A program made the translations under genes and the position numbers. The notes under the pieces are model-generated. The model was given only the letters and a program-made list of their open reading frames with translations. It was not told where the DNA came from and did no database searches. From positions 734,925 to 798,924 of the forward strand of contig BCIN01000004.1 in assembly GCA_039545335.1 (NCBI GenBank): 64,000 nucleotides of DNA, given 5' to 3'. Positions 63,870 through 64,000 of this stretch are shown here, in pieces (positions within the stretch are counted from its first letter, which is position 1; each line of letters begins with the position of its first letter). This stretch comes from Kondoa subrosea (taxonomy: Eukaryota).

Positions 63870-64000
63870 TTCTGAGGGTTTGCAGATGGTTTTCAAGGCA
63901 AGAGCAAAGAACAAAGGGAGAGAAAAAGAGGCAAAGAAGAAAATCTATAATGGGAAAGTCACAAGCCCATCTTCTGAACATTTGCGCGAATATAGCGCGG

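Overview
Gene-dense, intron-rich eukaryotic DNA with short (~50-60 nt) GT-AG introns. It looks like a basidiomycete fungus, probably Pucciniomycotina (inferred from gene content and donor-site diversity). About 24 protein-coding genes can be supported. Recognisable ones are the NatB auxiliary subunit (MDM20/NAA25), an HVA22/REEP protein, a C2H2 transcription factor, RNA polymerase I RPA135, an MP88-like mannoprotein, an RNF212/Zip3-like RING protein, a tandem pair of F-box-like genes, a Kelch membrane protein, the complex I 24-kDa subunit, a Rieske-DUF455 fusion, a secreted beta-helix protein, a lipase-3 homologue, UBP14, a Cys-rich membrane protein, phospholipase B and a bZIP-like gene. The most interesting signal only appears after manual splicing: two dispersed orphan paralogues (31389-32449 and 43491-44614) share four intron positions, an HNH/His-Me-finger-like motif (DHYFEV...PRN[LM]HLV) and a C-terminal WLEHG[FW]HWPH motif. 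Other points are a GPI-type lipase homologue whose catalytic Ser is replaced by Gly, a ~275-nt GC-rich multi-stem candidate ncRNA, and a compound tandem repeat spanning a 100-N gap. Exon boundaries were read by eye and all family assignments are from recalled motifs, not database searches.
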